Origin: Octopus vulgaris
Lineage: Eukaryota
Length of the DNA stretch: 64,000 nucleotides
Direction: 5' to 3'
NCBI GenBank assembly: GCA_951406725.2
Contig: OX597815.1
Location: 4,712,001 to 4,776,000, forward strand
Shown piece by piece: positions 12,901 through 25,100 of this stretch (position 1 is its first letter; the number at the start of each line of letters is the position of its first letter). A program made the translations under genes and the position numbers. The notes under the pieces were generated by a model. The model had not been told where the DNA came from. It saw only the letters and a list, made by a program, of their open reading frames with translations, and did no database searches.

Positions 12901-15900
12901 TAGAAATAGCAGCAAAATCTCCCTCAAACCACACATTCATCTTCATCATCATCATTTAATGTTTGTTTTTCCATGCTGGCATGGGTTGAACAGTTCAATG
13001 GGAACTGGCAAGGCAAGGAGCTGCATCAGGCCCTGTTTGTCTGTCTTGGCCGGATGCTCTTTGCATGGTACCAGCTCAAGTGCTTTTTACGTGGCACCAG
13101 CATCATCACCAAGTAGCTTGCAAGGCAAAGACTTCTTAGCTGGAAGAGAGAGTGGAACCAAGGAAAGCAGCTGTTAGTCTCGTGAGGGGTTAGAGGTTAC
13201 CTTAGAAAAAGCACAACCCCTTTGATAATGTAGGCCAGGGTTTAATGTTGTTAAGAAAAGATGGTCATGATTTGAATGCCTTTGAACACATCTGCTCAGT
13301 CTAAAGAAGGAATTTCAACTGTGTTTCGTGGTCTGCTACCACAACAGCTCCTTTATAGGATCCAGTTAGCTCAAGACATCATCAGGAGGAACCACGTCCG
13401 GTTTCGGCCCCTACTCTTCTACAATTTTTACGTGGCGGGGTCCCCCCCTTTCGGAGGTGTCTTCAGCTCTGGTGTTGGGTGCATGTCTTCTTTCTTCTTC
13501 TTTCTTCTGTTCCCTGGCCTCTTCGATGTATCGTCAACGAGTGTCAGCCGGTGACTGACTGACTTGTCAAATTTTTTCCCTTTAAATACCTGCTGCTAGG
13601 CTCCAGCAGGCAGCCCCAGCAAGTTGTCACATGACACTGTCTCAACTTTAACTGACCAATGAAGGCGCATAGTCTTAGCCCACGCATTCTCTAAATGATA
13701 CTGTCACCTGTCAGTCAGCGAAGCTAATTCAGTGTCAGCTTGTCTCACCTAGTGATGTTATGACTTTCAAGCCATTTTTGGTCTTCCTGCTTCAACCATA
13801 TATAGAAGCTGGCTTTTTCGACCGCCTCCTGTACTCTCCTTATTAGTTTTCTCAGCTCCGAGCTAGAAAAAAACAAATCTTTTGAATAGCGTTGTCATTT
13901 TTCTTTAAATTGGATCTAAAACAAGGGCAATGTTTTTTGAGATGTGGTGGCATTTAGTCTTGGCACCATTTCATTTAATACTTCAAAGATTCCTAATCTA
14001 GGTTTTGGAATCCCCCATGTATTTTATTTTTATATTTGAATTAAAATTCTTTACTCCAAGCAGAAACTTTGTAAATGTCAATGGCTTGACCCTTGGCTTC
14101 TAATATTAAATAGAAATGAGATATGAATTTGTTTACTCTTTTTTTATATCTCTTTTACTTGTTTCAGTCATTTGACTGCGGCCATGCTGGAGCACCGCCT
14201 TTTAATCGAGCAAATCGACCCCGGGACTTATTCTTTTGTAAGCCCAGTACTTATTCTATCAGTCTCTTTTGCCGAACCGCTAAGTAACGGGGACATAAAC
14301 ACACCAGCATCGGTTGTCAAGCAATGCTAGGGGGACAAATACAGACACACAAACACACGCACGCATATATATACGTCTACCAAATCCACTCACAAGGCTT
14401 TGGTCGGCCCGAGGCTATAGCAGAAGACACTTGCCCAAGGTGCCACGCAGTGGGACTGAACCCGGAACCATGTGGTTGGTAAACAAGCTACTTACCACAC
14501 AGCCACTCCTGCGCCTATTTTTTACTATTTTAAAAAATCTTTTTTATCTTGTTTCAGTCATTAGACTGCGGCTATGCTGGGGCACACCCCCTTGAAGGAT
14601 TTTTAGTCGAATCCACCCCAATATTTACTTTTTTTTTATTCTTAAGCCTGGCACATTTTCTATTGGTCTCTTTTTGCTAAACTGCTAAGTTCTGGGGGCA
14701 TAAGCAAATCAACCCCAGTTGTCAAATGGTGATGGGTGACAAACACACACACACACATGAGTGTCTTTCAGTTTTTCTCTACCAAATCCATTCACAAGGA
14801 TTTGGTTGGCCCGAGGCTTTAGTAGAAGACACTTGCTCAATTTTCTATGCAGTGGGACTGAACCTAGAACCATATGGTTGGAAAGCAAGCTTCTTACCAC
14901 ACAGCCATGCTTACTTTCCTTGATGTTCTTACTAACTACTCTCTCCTCTACCAAGGTAAATGACCTCCTGCCCATTTTCCGTGATGGCCAAATAAATCAA
15001 GGCAGTTGGAAATGATTTGAGTAAACAACACAAAGGAGGCAACAAGTAGCCCTCCCTTCACATTTCACAGGAGCCAAATCTTGCTACGGTCACCTTGAAT
15101 ACATTCACCAAACAGTTAGACACACAAAGAATGAAATAATGAAATCACTGTCATCATCATCATCGTCACCATCATTAACCCTTTAGTATTTAAACCGGCT
15201 ATATCCGGCCAAAATATTTCATCTGTTTTACGTTGCCAGCGCCGCCCCGACTGGCCTCCATGCCGGTGGCACGTAATAGCACCATCCGTTCGTGTCTGTT
15301 GCCAGCCTCGCCTGGCCCCCGTGCTGGTGGCACGTAAAAGCACCATCCGTTCGTGGCTGTTTGCCAGCCTCGCCTGGCCCCCGTGCTGGTGGCACGTAAA
15401 AGCACCATCCGTTCGTGGCCGTTTGCCAGCTCCATCTGGCACCTGTGCGGGTGGCACGTAAAAAGCACCCACTACACTTATGGAGTGGTTGGCGTTAGGA
15501 AGGGCATCCAGCTGTAGAAACACTGCCAGATCAGACTGGGCCTGATGCAGCCTTCTGGCTTCACAGACCCCAGTTGAACCGTCCAACCCATGCCAGCATG
15601 GAAAGCGGACGCTAAATGATGATGATGATGATGTTCAAACTGACCAGATCCAGGCTCTCACACCTACCCTACAATGTTATTCTACATTAAGTAATTACAC
15701 CACCAAGATCTTGAGGACATGAGATAATGCATGATTAAATCAAATCAATGGGAATCAATAGGTATTATGTTTGATTGAATTATCTGAACACTAAAGGGTT
15801 AAGCCCCACTTTTCCATGCTTTTGTGGGTCAGATGGAATTCATTGAGGCAAATTTCCTACAGCTGGATGCCCTCCCTGTGCCCAACTTTTACCTGCTTTT

Positions 15901-18448
15901 TCCCCCAAAATTCGAAATGAATGACACACATTTACACCAGTGGTTCTCAACCCCCTTTTTACTTCTGAACCCCTTTGATTACTGTTGTATTTTGGTGGAC
16001 CCCTATAACCATTCAATGCTTAAAAATGAGTTTTATAGACACTTCTTTTAACATTCCTGTTTTGCTTTTCACAAATTAACGTGTGTAGTTTGAACTATGT
16101 AAAATGTTAGTGAAAGAAACCTCGCTGTTTCTACATATAAAGCAAAATTTGTTCCTTTACCCATGGTATACTGTTGTGGATCCCCAATTTGCTATTTTTC
16201 TTGTGTCATCATCATCATCATCGTTGTCGTTTAACGTCCATTTTCCATGCTGGCATGGGTTGGATGGTTTGACTGAGGTCTGGAGACCCAGTGGCTGCAC
16301 CGGCCTCCAATCTATTCTGGCAAGGTTTCTACAGCTGGATGCCCTTCCTAACGCCAACCACTTTGAGAGTGTAGTGGGTGCTTTTACATGCCACTGGTAC
16401 GGGAGCCAGTCAGCAGTCCTGGTGACAATCACGCTTGGATGGGGCTTTTTACATACCACAGGCACAAGTGCCAATCAGGCAGTACTGTCATTGGCCACAT
16501 CAGCAATTTTGATTTCACTTGCCTCAAAAGGTCTTCATAAGCAAAGTTTATTGTCCAATGAATGAGGGGTATCCATAATTGGGCTGGTTATACACCACTG
16601 GCATAGGCCACAAGTTATGGTCTCACTTGGCTTGCCGGGTCTTCTTAAGCAAAGCATATTTCCAAAGGTCTCGGTCACTAGTCATTGCCTCGGTGAGGCC
16701 TAATGTTCGAAGGTTGTGCTTTACCACCTCATCGCAAGTCTTCATGGGTCTACCTCTTCCACAGGTTCCTTCAGCTGCTTGGGCGTGTCACATTTTCACA
16801 CAGCTGTCCTCATCCATTCACAACACATAACCATACCAGCGCAGTCATCTCTCTTGCACAGCACATCTGATGCCTCTTAAGTCCAAAAATCTTATCTGGA
16901 TCCTAGTTGAGAACTACTGGTTTACAGCATGCTTAACAAGACCCATTGAGCTGAGCAAAATTGCAATTATGGCAGATACCGGTGCCTTGCAAATTGGCAC
17001 CTGTGCTAGTGGAACGTAAACGCACTCTGGTGTTACACAAATGGCACGTGAAAGCGCCCGTTATACTCTTGGAGTGATTGGTGTTAGGAAGGGCATCTAG
17101 TCATAGAAAACCATGCCAAACCAGACTTGAACCTGGTGCAGCCATGCCAGCCCAGTCAAACCGTCCACCCCATGCCAGCATGGACAATGGATGTTAAATG
17201 ATGATGATGCTGATGATGGCATGATGTCAAGATGAGAAAACACAAACATGCTCACACTTATGCACTTAAACAAAGGCTTCTTTCAGTTTAGCGCCGCCTC
17301 GACTGGCTTCTGTGCCGGTGGCACATAAAAAGCACCATCCGAACGTGGCCGATGCCAGCGCTGCCTCGACTGGCTCCAGTGCCGGTGGCACATAAAAAGC
17401 ACCATCCGAACGTGGCCGTTGCCAGCGCCGCCTTGGCTGGCTTCCGTGCCGGTGGCACATTAAAAGCTCCAACTGATCGTGGCTGATGCCAGACCCCCCT
17501 GGCACCTGTGCAGGTGGCACGTAAAAAGCACCCACTACACTCTGTGAGTGGCGTTAGGAAGGGCATCCAGCTGTAGAAACTCTGCCAGATCAGACTGGAG
17601 CCTGGTGCAGCCTCCTGGCTTCCCAGACCCTGGTCGAACCGTCCAACCTGTGCTAGCGCGGAAAACGGACGTTAAACAATGATGATGATGATGATATCCA
17701 CTCACAAGGCTTTGGTCAGCCCAGGGTTATAGAAGACATCACTTGCCAGAGGTATCACCCAGTGGGACCAAACCCAGGACCATGAAGTCGGGAAGCAAAC
17801 TTCTTAACCACAGCTGTGTCTATGCGTTCAGTGTTGTGCTTTGAGGGACATTTAAAGGCTATTTCTAGCAAAAGTGAATGACTACTTATAGGCTCCTCTC
17901 ATTTGATTTTTTTTTTTCTTTTTTTTTTTTTGCATGGAAGGGAGGCATCCCTGTTCTCCCGTTGGAGATTCCATGAGTTCTCAATTAAAATCTGCCTTTA
18001 GAATATCATAGAAAGATTTGAAATGCCTGAGTAATCCTTATGATACCACCCACCCCCTCGCCATTGCTCCTGCTTCTATGAAACAAATCTTCTGTTTTAA
18101 ATTGATCTAATTAAAACTTTTTCATCAAAATTCATTTTAAGTTAAGTTCCAAATTTTGATAAAATGTTCATTATTCTCAAAATTAATTGAAATAAAGGCA
18201 GTGTATTTCAACTGAAATTTCGTAGTAAAAGGGTTAAGCAAGAAGGCCTGGCAAGAAATCAAAACCTTATTGCCAGGAGTGCGCAGGAGTGGCTGTGTGG
18301 TTAGTAGCTTGTCTACCAACCGCATGGTTCCGGGTTCAGTCCCACTGCGTGGCACCTTGGGTAAGTGTCTTCTGCTATAGCCTCGGGCCGACCAAAGCCT
18401 TGTGAGTGGATTTGGTGGACGGAAACTGAAAGAAGCCCGTCGTATATA

Positions 18449-18486
<38 letters not shown>

Positions 18487-19070
18487 TTTGTGTGTCTGTG
18501 TTTGTCCCCTAGCATTGCTTGACAACCGATGCTGGTGTGTTTATGTCCCTGTCACTTAGCGGTCCGGCAAAAGAGACCGATAGAATAAGTACTGGGCTTA
18601 CAAAAGAATAAGTCCCGGGGTTGAGTTGCTCGACTAAAGGCGGTGCTCCAGCATGGCCGCTGTCAAATGACTGCAACAAGTAAAAGAGTAAAGAGTAAGT
18701 GTTGTACATGTAAACCCAAAGACTGAATCTCCAAGAAGTCGACAGTTATAGTTTCTTATATTAGTACCAAGTCTTTTGGTTTGTAGAGTTGTTGGTGTGT
18801 GATACAGTAACCCCCTCACCATGTTGATTCCTCCATGGTGTTGTTTTGCATGTATAATTGTTTCAGTCATTTGACTGGCCATGCTGGAGCACCGCCTTTG
18901 GTCGAGCAAATCGACTCCAGGACTTATTCTTTGTAAGCCTAGTACTTATTGAATTGGTCTCTTTTGCTGAACCACTAAGCTATGGGGATGTAAACGCACT
19001 GGCATTCGTTGTCAAGCGATGTTGCTGAGAGGACACACACACACATACATACCTATATGTATATATACAT

Positions 19071-19117
<47 letters not shown>

Positions 19118-22100
19118 GAGGGGAGTTCATGAAAAAAAAGACGAAGACAGGTAGTGTACAAAACAAACATGTATTAGTATAACACTCAGGAATAGAAAAA
19201 GTCTTTTACATTTCGAGCCTAAGCTCTTCTACAGAAAGGGACACAGAAAAAAACTAGGAGAGAAACAAGGGGTGAAAAAAATGTGTGTAGTGGCTAACGA
19301 TCTATCATGGCGACTGACTCGGCAGAAGGGTCACACAGGAGAGTGAAGAAGTAGGGGAGATAAAGTAAAGATGACCCCCAACACAAAGGTGCGTGTGTGT
19401 ATAAGAGAGTATGTATGTGTGTGTGAAAGAGGGCTGGTGGTATGGACGTGTGGGTGTGAAAATGTGGGGATGGGAATTGGTCAGTGCTGGTGTATATACA
19501 CATACATACACACACACACGCACACATATACATGATGGGTTTCTTTCAGTTTCCGTCTACCAATTCCGCTCACAAGGCTTTGGTTACCCCGAGGCTATAG
19601 TAGAAAACACTTGCCCAAGGTGCCATGCAGTGGGACTGAACCAAGGAACCATGTAGTTGGTAAGCAAGCTACTTACCACATGGCCACTCCTGCACCTGTA
19701 AGCCAAAAATGACGTTAAAAAATATGGCCATGTGGTAAGTAGCTTGCTAACCAACCACATGGTTCCGGGTTCAGTCCCACTGCGTGGCATCTTGGGCAAG
19801 TGTCTTCTGCTATAGCCCCGGGCCGACCAATGCCTTGTGAGTGGATTTGGTAGACGGAAACTGAAAGAAGCCTGTCGTATATGTGTATATATATATATGT
19901 TTGTGTTTGTCCCCCTAGCATTGCTTGACAACCGATGCTGGTGTGTTTACGTCCCTGTCACTTCGCGGTTTGGCAAAAGAGATCGATAGAATAAGTACTG
20001 GGCTTACAAAGAATAAGTCCCGGGGTCGAGTTGCTCGACTAAAGGTGGTGCTCCAGCATGGCCGCAGTCAAATGACTGAAACAAGTAAAATAGTAAATAG
20101 TGCTCTTTGTTTTATTCCCTTCTCACCTCCCCCATACGCCCTTGCAACCATCACCCACCCACACTCCCAGTTCTTTTGTCCCCATTCACTTCTAGTCAGC
20201 ACTGGATTAAGGCACCAAGGGAAGTGGGGCCCCACAGAAATGGTAATTGGTGATTCCTAGTCTTGCAAACCATTTGGCATTGCCATTTGTGCTGGTATCA
20301 TGTAAAAAGTTACTCAGTCGTCATCATCATCATTGTTTAACGTCTGCCCAAGGTGCTGTGTAGTGGGACTGAACCCCGAACCATGTGCATGGGAAGCCAG
20401 CTTCTTGACCACACAGCCACACCCTTCAGCCAAATCTATAAATATAAAAAGAGGAAATTTTTCTTTTGTCTTTTCCAGAAATTTATCCATGATCCGTACA
20501 CGACTACTTTGGGAGGTTTTTCAAAAGTCACGAGTTTCTTCCGAGATGCTCTCCTACAACCGTCTCACATGAATTCTCGTCCACTTGATGAAATGGCTGT
20601 CATGTTTAACGAAGACTTACCTGGCATGGAGATTAACCAACAAGACGAACCAGGTTTTGAAGTTATCACAAAGGTATATTGTTTGTCCTTTCTTTTTTTC
20701 AACCTTAGGTTATTATGAGATTTTTGATGTATCTCTTTTTTTTTTCTTTCCTTTCTTCTCGTTAAAAGAACCGTTTAAGACGACCTTTTATTCAATTCTT
20801 AATTTTTTTAGTATCCGAAACGATTTATATCGAGTAAGTTGGTAAGTAGTGTTTTAAGAATTGCTAGTTTTATTTTAGTTCAAATGGTTAGTGTCAGGGG
20901 GAAGCAAAAGGAGAGGAAGGATGGAATCGGATGGGGTTTCCTCTTGTAGTTTGTAAATGCTAGTGTTGTCGGTTGTAGGCACTTATTCACTGCCTTTCTC
21001 ACACCTAGAGCAACAATAACGGGAGTGTCTATAATTTGGTGGGGAACAAATATCTCAAGGGACTTTGTTCTTAGAGCACAAATTTCTCAGTTTTCTTCTG
21101 GACATTTTTATTCTTTCACTGATACACACAGGAGTGGCTGTGTGGTAAGTAGCTTGCTTACCAACTACATGGTTCTGGTTTCAGTCCCACTGTGTGGCAC
21201 CTTGGGCCGACCAAAGCTTTCTGAGTGGATTTGATAGACGGAAACTGAAAGAGGCTCGTCGTATGTTTATATATGTATGTATGTTTGTGTGTGTGTTTGT
21301 CCTCCCAACATCACTAAACAACCGATGCTGGTGCGTTTACATCCCCGTAACTTAGTGGTTCGGAAAAAGGGACCAATAGAATAAGTACTAAACTTACAAA
21401 GAATTAGTCCTGGGGTTGATTTGCTTTAGCATGGCCGCAGTCAAATGCCTGAAACAAGTAAAAGAATAAAACAATACATACAGTGAAGGGCACACACACA
21501 CACATACAGTGGCATGCACGCACACACACATGCACACAGGGCTTTGCACAGTTTCTGTCTACCAAATTCCACTTACAAGCTATTGGTTAATCCAAGGCTA
21601 TGCATAGTAGAAGACGCTAACTCAAGATTCTGCACACAGGGTTTGACCCTGGAACCACGTTGTTTCAAAGCAAACCGCTTAACCACGCAGCCATAAATCA
21701 CTTAATATCATTCACCATTCTTAAAGTTCCTTCCAGCCAGGGCTTAAACCCAGTTTCCATAGTGATGGAATGAGATGACTACTGCCTCTGGATAGGGTGC
21801 TAGTCTCACACGCCACTTTCTCTTTCAGCCGAACAACTGGTACCTTTTCCTCATACTAGGGGTAAAAGTTTACTGCTATGATTCATGCCAAAATGCCTGC
21901 AATGGGTACGATTTCAAAGTCTATAAGTTAGGGGTGCCAGTGCCACCGGACTAGCTTCCATACCAGTGGCACGTAAATAGCACCATCTGAGCAAGGTCGA
22001 TGCCAGTACTGCCTGACTGGCTCCTGTGCCAGTGGCACGTAAAAAGCACCATCTGAGCAAGGTCGATGCCTGTACTGCCTGACTGGCTCCTGTGCCAGTG

Positions 22101-25100
22101 GCACGTAAAAAGCACCATTCAAGCGTGGTTGATTCCAGTGCCGCCAGACTGGCCCTCATGTTGGTAGCATGTAAAAAGCACCGACTACACTCTTGGAGTG
22201 GTTGGCGTTAGGAAGGGCATCCAGCTGTAAAAATTTTACCAGATAAGACTGGAGACCAGTGCAGCCTTCTGGCTTGCCAGCCCTTAGTCAAACCGTCCAA
22301 ACCATGCCAGCATGTAAAGCAGACATTAAACGATGATGATGGCATGTTATTCTTCTGCCCTACATTTGGCATTTGAAACACATCTTCCAAGTATCGGATG
22401 TTACGTCAAAAGATTTTAAATAGTTTGTTTGTATTCCAAAGTCAGTGTTGGTGTTCTCTTGTTGGTGCCTGTCTTTTCTTTTTTTTGTTGTTGTGTAAAT
22501 ATATTTTTTAACTTCTTGGCTTACATAGAGACCTCTATAATCAGTACGTTTTCACTTAAGACTGGGGAAAAAAAAAGTGAAAAGGGAATGGTTGAATGTG
22601 CACAATTCCAGCCACAATAGAGGCAGGCAGACATGTGAAAATAATTTCAAACTTGTTCCATTTTAAATGTTTTATGGAAATCACGTGTATGCATGAGAGA
22701 AAAAGAAACCCCTTGTTTTCTTTTATGTATCAATATAGTGTTCCTTGTTTTCTTTTGAAATAGTGAACAATGTATCCTTTCTTTATTGAATTCCCTTCTT
22801 TTCCGCAAGAACGGTAACTGTAGTTTGTTTACAAAGTCGTGTCTGTAGATGCTTGCATTTTTAATGATGTCAGAAAATCTGGTGGCACTGATCCTCAAAG
22901 ATTCATTCCCCCCCCACCCCTCTAGTTGTGTTGTGTTCTTCATGCATGGTTCTTCATTTTGTCCATGTTGATTGGTGATTAAATTAATACTTTTTAAATT
23001 TATTTATATATACAGAAATAAAGTTTTTTTATTATTCACAAATGCGTGATAATGCTAATTAATAGCTTGAACAGGATAAATTCTCCATACATTGCAGAAA
23101 AATGTGTTACTGGCCAGCCATGAGACTTGAACTCACATCCCTGTGATTATGCGTCAAGTGCTTTACCATTAAGCTAAACTGCCCAGTAACAAATCCTTCT
23201 GTAATTTTAGAACTTATAAATTTAGCTTCATAAGACGCTAACATCATTATCATCGTTTAACGTCCGCTTTCCATGCTAGCATGGGTTGGACGTTTTTGAC
23301 TGAGGGCTGGCGAACCAGATGGCTGCACCAGGCTTCAATCTTGATCTGGCAGAGTTTCTACAGCTGGATGCCCTTCCTGCACTTAGCACCCTACTAGCAC
23401 GGGGCACAAGTGCCAGTACGGTGACGCTGGTAACGATCACACTCGAATAGTGTCTTTTATGTGCCACTGGCACAGAAGCCGGTTAGCTGCTCTGTCAACG
23501 ATCTTTGTGGTAAGTTTAATTTAACGTTAGCGTCTTATGAAGCTAAATTTATAAGTTTTAAAATTACAGAAGAATTCGTTACAGGGCAGTTTAGCTTAAT
23601 GGTAAAGCACTTGATGTGTAATCACAGGGATGTGAGTTCGAGTTTCATGGCTGGCCAGTAACGTATTTTTCTGCAATGTATGGATAATTTATCCTGTTCA
23701 CGTTATTTTATTATCATTATCACATGTTTGAGAAAAAATAAAAAATTTATTTCTCTATCTTTCAATACATCTCAATGTTTCTAAAACAGACTTTGTTTAC
23801 TTTCTTTGTAAGTTATTTATATATATATATATATACTAGCAGTATCGCCCGGCGTTGCTCGGGTTTGTAAGGGAAATAACTATATAAGCATTTTTAGAGA
23901 GTTACTTTCTTTATAGATGCCAATTCGGGCTTTCTTAGCCATTTCTGTTTTGGTGTCTTCAAGCCATGAAGTCGTTGTTCTAAAAGAACGCTGGTCTCCT
24001 TGACAACGCTTTACGACGTTGATTTACTTACCCTCCCTTCCCCACAGCTTCACGAGGGAGGGAAGAAGGGGGAGAAGCAAACAGGTGCAGCTGTGAGCGT
24101 GGACGCCAACTCTGCCGCCATCGACACACGAAAAATTATGCATTAAAATGGAATAAAAAATGATGTTAAATTATTTTTAAAATCGTATATTTTTTTTTTG
24201 CAAACAGTTAAAGGTAGACCTTCCTAATATCCTAGGTTTCAGTATTTGGTGAAAGGTGTTCATTTCAGGGTCGCAGGTTTGCTGTTGTATTCTCCTCCTC
24301 CTCCTCATCATCATCATCGTTTAACGTCTGCTTTACATGCTGGCATGGGTTGGACGGTTTGATAGGAGCTGACCAGGCTGGAGCCTGTACCAGACTTCTG
24401 TGTCTGTTTTAGCAGGGTTTTTACGACTGGATGCCCTTCCTAACACCAACCACCCGGTGTGTATAATAAAGCGCTACTCAGAAGAGAATGTGTTTGAGAT
24501 AAGTAGGGTGTGGCATGAATAGATTTCTTTTGGAATAAAAGCAGACTATTATCTTTTGCTCCCCCCCCCACACACACACAGGCAGAGGTTGAGAAGTTTG
24601 TTTCTTAATGATGTGGCTTTAGGTTCTGTATCCCTTTACATCTTTGGAAAGTTTCTTTTATAATCCCAGGTTGACGAGTTTGGGAGATGGAAACTGAAAG
24701 AAGCCTATTGTGTGTTAATGTTAACTGCCTATAGTTACAAGTGGTGACCTTAGCAGTTGCAGCTCAGCTACAAACAGGGGTGTCCCCGTTTGTAGCTGGG
24801 TTGCAACTGGTGGTGTTTGTTGACATTCCCGGTCAACAGAATCCCCTCACTCAGCACTCCCAAATTCCTCAAGAACAGAAAAACAAATCCTCTTTCTTGA
24901 AAAACTAGATACAGGTTGGGGACAGAATATACAGCCCTAAAAATCCTGCCCCTGCAAGCCAAGCCAGCGTGAGAAAACGAGGAATATATGAAACGAATGA
25001 TATTGTTCATTTGGTTTTCATGATAGTGATGGAATGAGATGACTACTGCCTCTGGATAGGGTGCTAGTCTCACACACCACTTTCTCTTTCAGACGAACAA

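Noticed and set aside
13390-13530. Minus-strand TCGAAGA-GGCC...GGCC-GAAACCGGAC hammerhead-like pattern
   Set aside because: Core and cleavage triplet are both mutated, the loop is very long and stem I is unconvincing; at most an old Penelope remnant.
15232-15470. CRISPR-like repeat/spacer appearance of the GGTGGCACGTAAAAGCACC arrays
   Set aside because: Eukaryotic context, no cas genes, and the spacers are homologous to each other; these are tandem units in a LINE 3' UTR.
22810-22813. Pyrimidine tract + AAG|AACG|gtaact microexon
   Set aside because: A 4-nt exon would break the frame, and no compensating partner could be supported.
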